Of a DNA stretch of 64,000 nt, positions 59,690 to 64,000 are shown one piece after another. Below the pieces are notes generated by a model, which worked only from the letters and a program-made list of their open reading frames with translations, made no database searches and was not told where the DNA came from. How positions within the stretch are numbered: the first letter of the stretch is position 1; the number at the start of each line of letters is the position of its first letter. This DNA comes from Azolla caroliniana (taxonomy: Eukaryota; Plantae; Polypodiophyta): positions 6,572,001 through 6,636,000 of the forward strand of contig JBHGNT010000021.1 of NCBI GenBank assembly GCA_043228905.1. The letters run 5' to 3'. A program made the translations under genes and the position numbers.

Positions 59690-62449
59690 CCGGTCCAGAA
59701 CCTCGGCGGTTCCGCCTCGCGATCCGCGCGTAGTGACTGATCTTCACGACAATGCTCAATCATTTGTTGTTTAGCGTGCTCTTCAGCCATTCTTTGGGAC
59801 ACCTTGATCTGTTGTGTCGCCAAGAATTCCATGAGTTCATATGTTGTTCCAAATTGCAATAGTGCGCGGAACTCATGGGCCGTATCCGGAATGTCTGGAT
59901 ATTTCAGGACTTTGCTTTCCGCTATTAGCGAACCTTTGCCTCGCTGAGACTGGGTTGTAATGATTGGCTGCGGTTCACGAATTATCTCCAATGTAGTCGT
60001 GTGCTCCGTGGGGGTAGACATTTCGGCTGGCGTTGCTGTATCCTTTACCAATCCGTGACCATCCTTTCGATCTAGCCTTCGACGCTTGGGCATGTTCCGC
60101 AGGTAGGCTCTGGTTTCTGCTCGTTTCTTGTGGTTTACGCTTCAACACTTCGGGTTGGTTGTTCTGGCTACGTCGGCTATATGACGGAGTTGGTAGGTTG
60201 AGGTTCTTCTTCCCATTCCATTGTTGCTAGTTCCGCTAACTGCCGTTTCGCGGATTGTGGCGGAGGAGTAGGCTTGCTTAGCGGCGGGGCGGGAAGTCCG
60301 TGAGGTGGAAACAATACGGTGAGGTACTATTGTATAATCGGCCGTAGCTTCTTTCCGGCTTGGTATGCATGTAAGCCTTCCCTTAGTGCTGGCCACGTGA
60401 TTACTCCCCAATCGACATCACGTCCCTCGAATGTGTCGATGATGATGCTAGCCTTTTGTTTCGGCATTCCGTAAGCATTGACATGTACGCAGTCGACCTC
60501 AAGCAGGAACTTCGCAACCTCCTGAAAGAAAGGATTCGGGATTTCCTTCGTTCTATATGCCTTTGTGGATGTTGAGTATTACCCAAAGTATTTTTCCAAG
60601 GTGTCAGTAGGGGGAATGTCGAAGTGCTTTTCTCCAGTTGCAAACAAGCTCAAATGTTTCCGAATATTGGCATTTGTCACTGTGTCGATGTTGAGTTTCT
60701 TGGCGATGTCGAGGGCATCTGGGTGCGGTGGTGCTTTTGCGACCTAGATGTACCCATTCGAGTCCCTTTTCCAGAACCCACCTGTGTAGTGCGGAAGCGA
60801 TGGTGAGTGTCATCGTATTTGCCCAGGAGTCGTGCGAAGAGTTATGAGGGGGTGAGGCACGCGACCTGCGCTGTGCGTGGTGTCTATGTTATGCAGGAGG
60901 GCGAGACGTGCGAGGAGCATGGGTCTGTGCGACATCGTGGCGACACGTGTTCTTGGAATTTGTGCATGCATAAAGTCCTTTTTAATAGTCGTGACTATCT
61001 TCTCTCTCGTTCTCTCTCTTTTTCCAACGGTAAGGTACAACATTACTGTTACATTTGTTACAAGTGGGTCCCGACTACTGGTTAATGTGGGACCCCTCTG
61101 TCGTGTCCTTTTACGGCATGAAACGGGTTTGGAGGTGTAGGTTCCAGGTAAGGTTTTAATTGGAATCCATTCACTTTTTGGCGTAATACTTCTCCGGCGA
61201 GGGTACTTAACTGAAAGGTCCCGTTTTCCGCTCCAATTATCCAATATGGTCCTTTCTAGCAAAATCGTAACTTTCCTAGCATTGGACCCATGCGTGTTTG
61301 AAAGACCAGCACGACTTTCCCAATCGTGAAGTTTTTTTCTCGTGGGCCCTGGTGCTGATCTATGAACACTTTACGCCGTTACTACTCTTGTTCTAATACG
61401 GCCATATTGCAGACTCGAGTTTCGCCTAATTCGAGTAGTTGTTGCAACCAGATTTGCTCAGACTGGCCTTCCGATAGTCTATTGCGTACTTGAATCCGCA
61501 AGCTGGGAATCTGAAATTCAATGGGCATTACGAATTCTAATCCAAACACTAGTCGGAAGGGCGTGGATTGTATACTAGTTTTATAACTTGTTCGGTACGC
61601 CACAAAGCGTTGTGCAACTTTGTGTCCCAATACGTTCTATTCTCATTAACTATCTGTTTGAAGAGAGTATGCAATGTCTTGTTCGTGGATTCCGCTAACC
61701 CATTTGCCTGCAGGTAATATGGTGTACTCTTCTTGTGTACTACAACGTAATGTTGCGTAAGTTCGTGAATGACCATATTCATAAAATGGCTCCCTTGGTC
61801 GCTTATGAGCTCTATTGGGCACCCGAAACGACACCATATGTTCTCATAAAGGAATTTTGCCGTGGATGCCGTGGTATTGTCTCATAAGGCTTTGGCTTCT
61901 ACCCACTTTTTGCAGTAATCCGTGGCCACGAGAATGTATTTGTTTCCTGTACGTGCCACTGTTGGCGTAAAAGGGTTGACAAAATCGAGACCCCATTTTT
62001 AGAAAGGTTGCAATGTGCATGCCAAAGGTCGCGATGTGCATGACACACGTGCCAAATGGCGCGATGTGCGTGTCACACAGGCGCGGACAAGCACCGAGCC
62101 TCTATCCGCTAGTGGTTATGGAGGAGATGAATTGGCCGTTTTAGGTTTATTGTCGAGTTGTTCTTTATTGTCGAAGATGCACCCGAATTAGAATCAGTGG
62201 TGCGGTGGATTGATGTGTAGGCGGCGGTAATGTGGTGGTGCGCAACGTTTATCGGATGACAACAACGGCAAAACGATCTTTGCCAGTGCTATTTCCCTCT
62301 TGACGAGAATTCTAGAGATAGAGTGAATGACCACACGAAATGAAATTGTAGTAGCCGAAGTGACGTACTAATGTGGCTGTGAGAGAGAGAGAGAGAGAAA
62401 GATGGGAATTGAGGAAGTGTTTAAGATAGATAGATACATGGATGGAAAT

Positions 62450-62875
62450 TCCAATTCTAGGTTTGAACCCTTGACATCAATATTGAGAAACAAGACAAGT
62501 TACCAATAAGATAAGTAGGTTTTTTAATATTAACATGTTGATTTGATACATAGCTTGATTGATGCATAGATTGATCCCCCTTCTTTCTTTCTTATATAGA
62601 TGCCCCCATGCATATGATGCATGTGAGGGTGTAAAACATGCATACAGAGATGCATGATTGCCATTTGGTGCTCATGCATCACATGTGACGCATGATGACC
62701 ATGTCCCTCATTCAAGCTCTAATGTATGAGCATTTACATGTGAAAAATACAATAATAAAAGTATAACAAGTAACAACTTAGCCTAATGGTAAGTCAATTG
62801 TGTCTTAACTTGGAGGTGCAAGGTTCAAACCTTTACTTGCACCCCTTGGTATGCACGAAAATGCTACTAGGCCTT
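62450..62875 (-). repeat. Fragment of Trp-gypsy-group LTR
   Basis: The reverse complement contains GGTTTGAACCTTGCACCTCC and CATGGGGGCATCTATA, both present in the LTR at 3278-3904. Confidence 0.75.
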
Positions 62876-62890
62876 AGGGGTTCTCTCCAT

Positions 62891-64000
62891 TCACCGGCGT
62901 TACGACGAAAGCTCGGGGGATGAGCAGCACCAGGAACAACGACGGGACCAACAGCAGCCACCACGTACGTTGCGACAAACGAGGCCGGACTGCGAAGAGC
63001 AAGTAGCGCCCGGAGAGTGGCACACACCACCTGGGGCTGAGAAGGGAGAATCAAGCATCCATTGTTTTATTTGTCAGCAACCCGGACACTATGCCACGTA
63101 ATGCCCAACACGCAAGGGAAAGGGGCCTGTCGTCAATACGATTACGGCGGAGGTGCAACAAGTCACAACACGCCAGCAAACAAAAACGGCGGATTGGGCT
63201 GCGCAGGATGAGGTATGACGACAAGCCCAAGCCTGGGTGGAAAAAGCAAACGCGACCAATACAGAACGTATGCGGGAGGAGTCCGCGAACACAATGGAGC
63301 GGACAGAGAAGGAAAGACCGGGGCCGGACCCCAGTTGGCAGGTGTTAGCAGGCTGTGAAATCACGTTAACTATGGAAAAACTGCTACAGCTAGTTCCACG
63401 TTTCCGCCAGACCATGGAAGCACAAGTGGCGGGCATGCCCGGGGCGAGTGTTGTCACAAACCTGACAGACATCAGCGACGGACCACCGGTGGTGGATCAG
63501 CACAACCCGGCTATTACAGTAATATTGCACGGACAGGAAGTTCCTGGATGCGTAATTGACAACGGCTCAGGCGTCAATGTGATTAGCGCGAAAACTTGTG
63601 AATAGTTAGGCATTTCCGAATGGGAGGCGTGTCCATTGTAGCTCCGCATGGCAGATACCCGCTCAGTACGACCGTTGGGGTTAATTCGCAAAATAGGCAT
63701 CATCGTGGGCGGACACCGCTTCGACATATTGGCGGTCGTCCTCGCTTTGGACGCCCCAGGAGCGTACCCAGTGCTTCTGGGCAGACCATGGCTTCAAACA
63801 GCAAATATCAAGCAGAGTTGGCAACACGAGTGTATCAGTTTCCGGTATGGACGCACCAAGGTTCGCATACCTACGGAAGGCAACACGCCACAACCTAAGG
63901 GTATAACACCGTTATACGCGGAAGACATAAATATGCTGGCTGGGGTGGAGGATGCCGAATTGGAAGCGTACCTAGACGAACATCCTCGGATTATTCCGCT
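62891..64000 (+). mobile_element. Tat-like family gag C-terminus and protease (decayed); runs off the window's right edge
   Basis: 62891-62990 aligns at the DNA level with 7480-7570; then knuckle CYFCQQPGHYAT*C, protease VIDNGSGVNVIS and LLGRPWL. Confidence 0.85.

Larger units (their letters stand above)
57314..59751 (+). mobile_element. Solo LTR of the Trp-PBS gypsy group (about 1.18 kb without the nested insert)
   Basis: TGTCGTGAAGATTTTCGGC...TCTTCACGACA; 4-bp TSD ACGC/ATGC; the host ORF (QMIE|RAL) rejoins across it; shares internal blocks with the LTR at 3278-3904. Confidence 0.88.
55218..62005 (-). mobile_element. Tat-like gypsy, 3' half (integrase, extra ORF region, 3' LTR 55218-55665); same family as 5765-9757
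   Basis: LTR termini match the 5765 element (TGTTGTCCACCGGAAT...CCTAACCGATAACA); integrase QANGLAESTNK and YRTSYKTSIQSTPFRLVFG at 61382-62000; homologous coiled-coil ORF; interrupted by solo LTRs. Confidence 0.88.

Overview
Eukaryotic land-plant genomic DNA. A non-seed plant (bryophyte, lycophyte or fern) is inferred from the retrotransposon types and is not proven. About 70% of the window is nested retrotransposon sequence. Two intact, convergent, intron-rich host genes sit in the middle: a HAD subfamily-IG 5'-nucleotidase-domain gene (+, 37213-43558, 13 exons, 552 aa) and a CAT9-like cationic amino-acid transporter (-, 52666-45016, 8 exons, 585 aa). Each has a truncated LINE in intron 1. 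The left half holds Ty3/gypsy fragments with a tRNA-Trp PBS, a processed GRP7-like pseudogene, a pol-less Tat-like LTR element (5765-9757), and a four-level nest of five LTR elements (11530-33188) whose innermost member is an intact, very young Ty1/copia (24054-29496). The right end holds a decayed gypsy pol, two more pieces of the Tat-like family and two nested solo LTRs. The most unusual signal is in the Tat-like family: there is no polypurine tract next to the 3' LTR. In its place is a 42-nt sense-strand sequence resembling the CCA-terminated 3' end of the primer tRNA-Arg, i.e. a second PBS on the opposite strand, conserved in two diverged copies. Other notable signals: all five readable insertion sites of the Trp-PBS gypsy group are NCGN (4-bp TSD); a -1 frameshift site with a pseudoknot lies between PR and RT; and a deletion has made an in-frame gypsy-integrase/copia-gag fusion. 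All coordinates were read by eye. No database searches were run.
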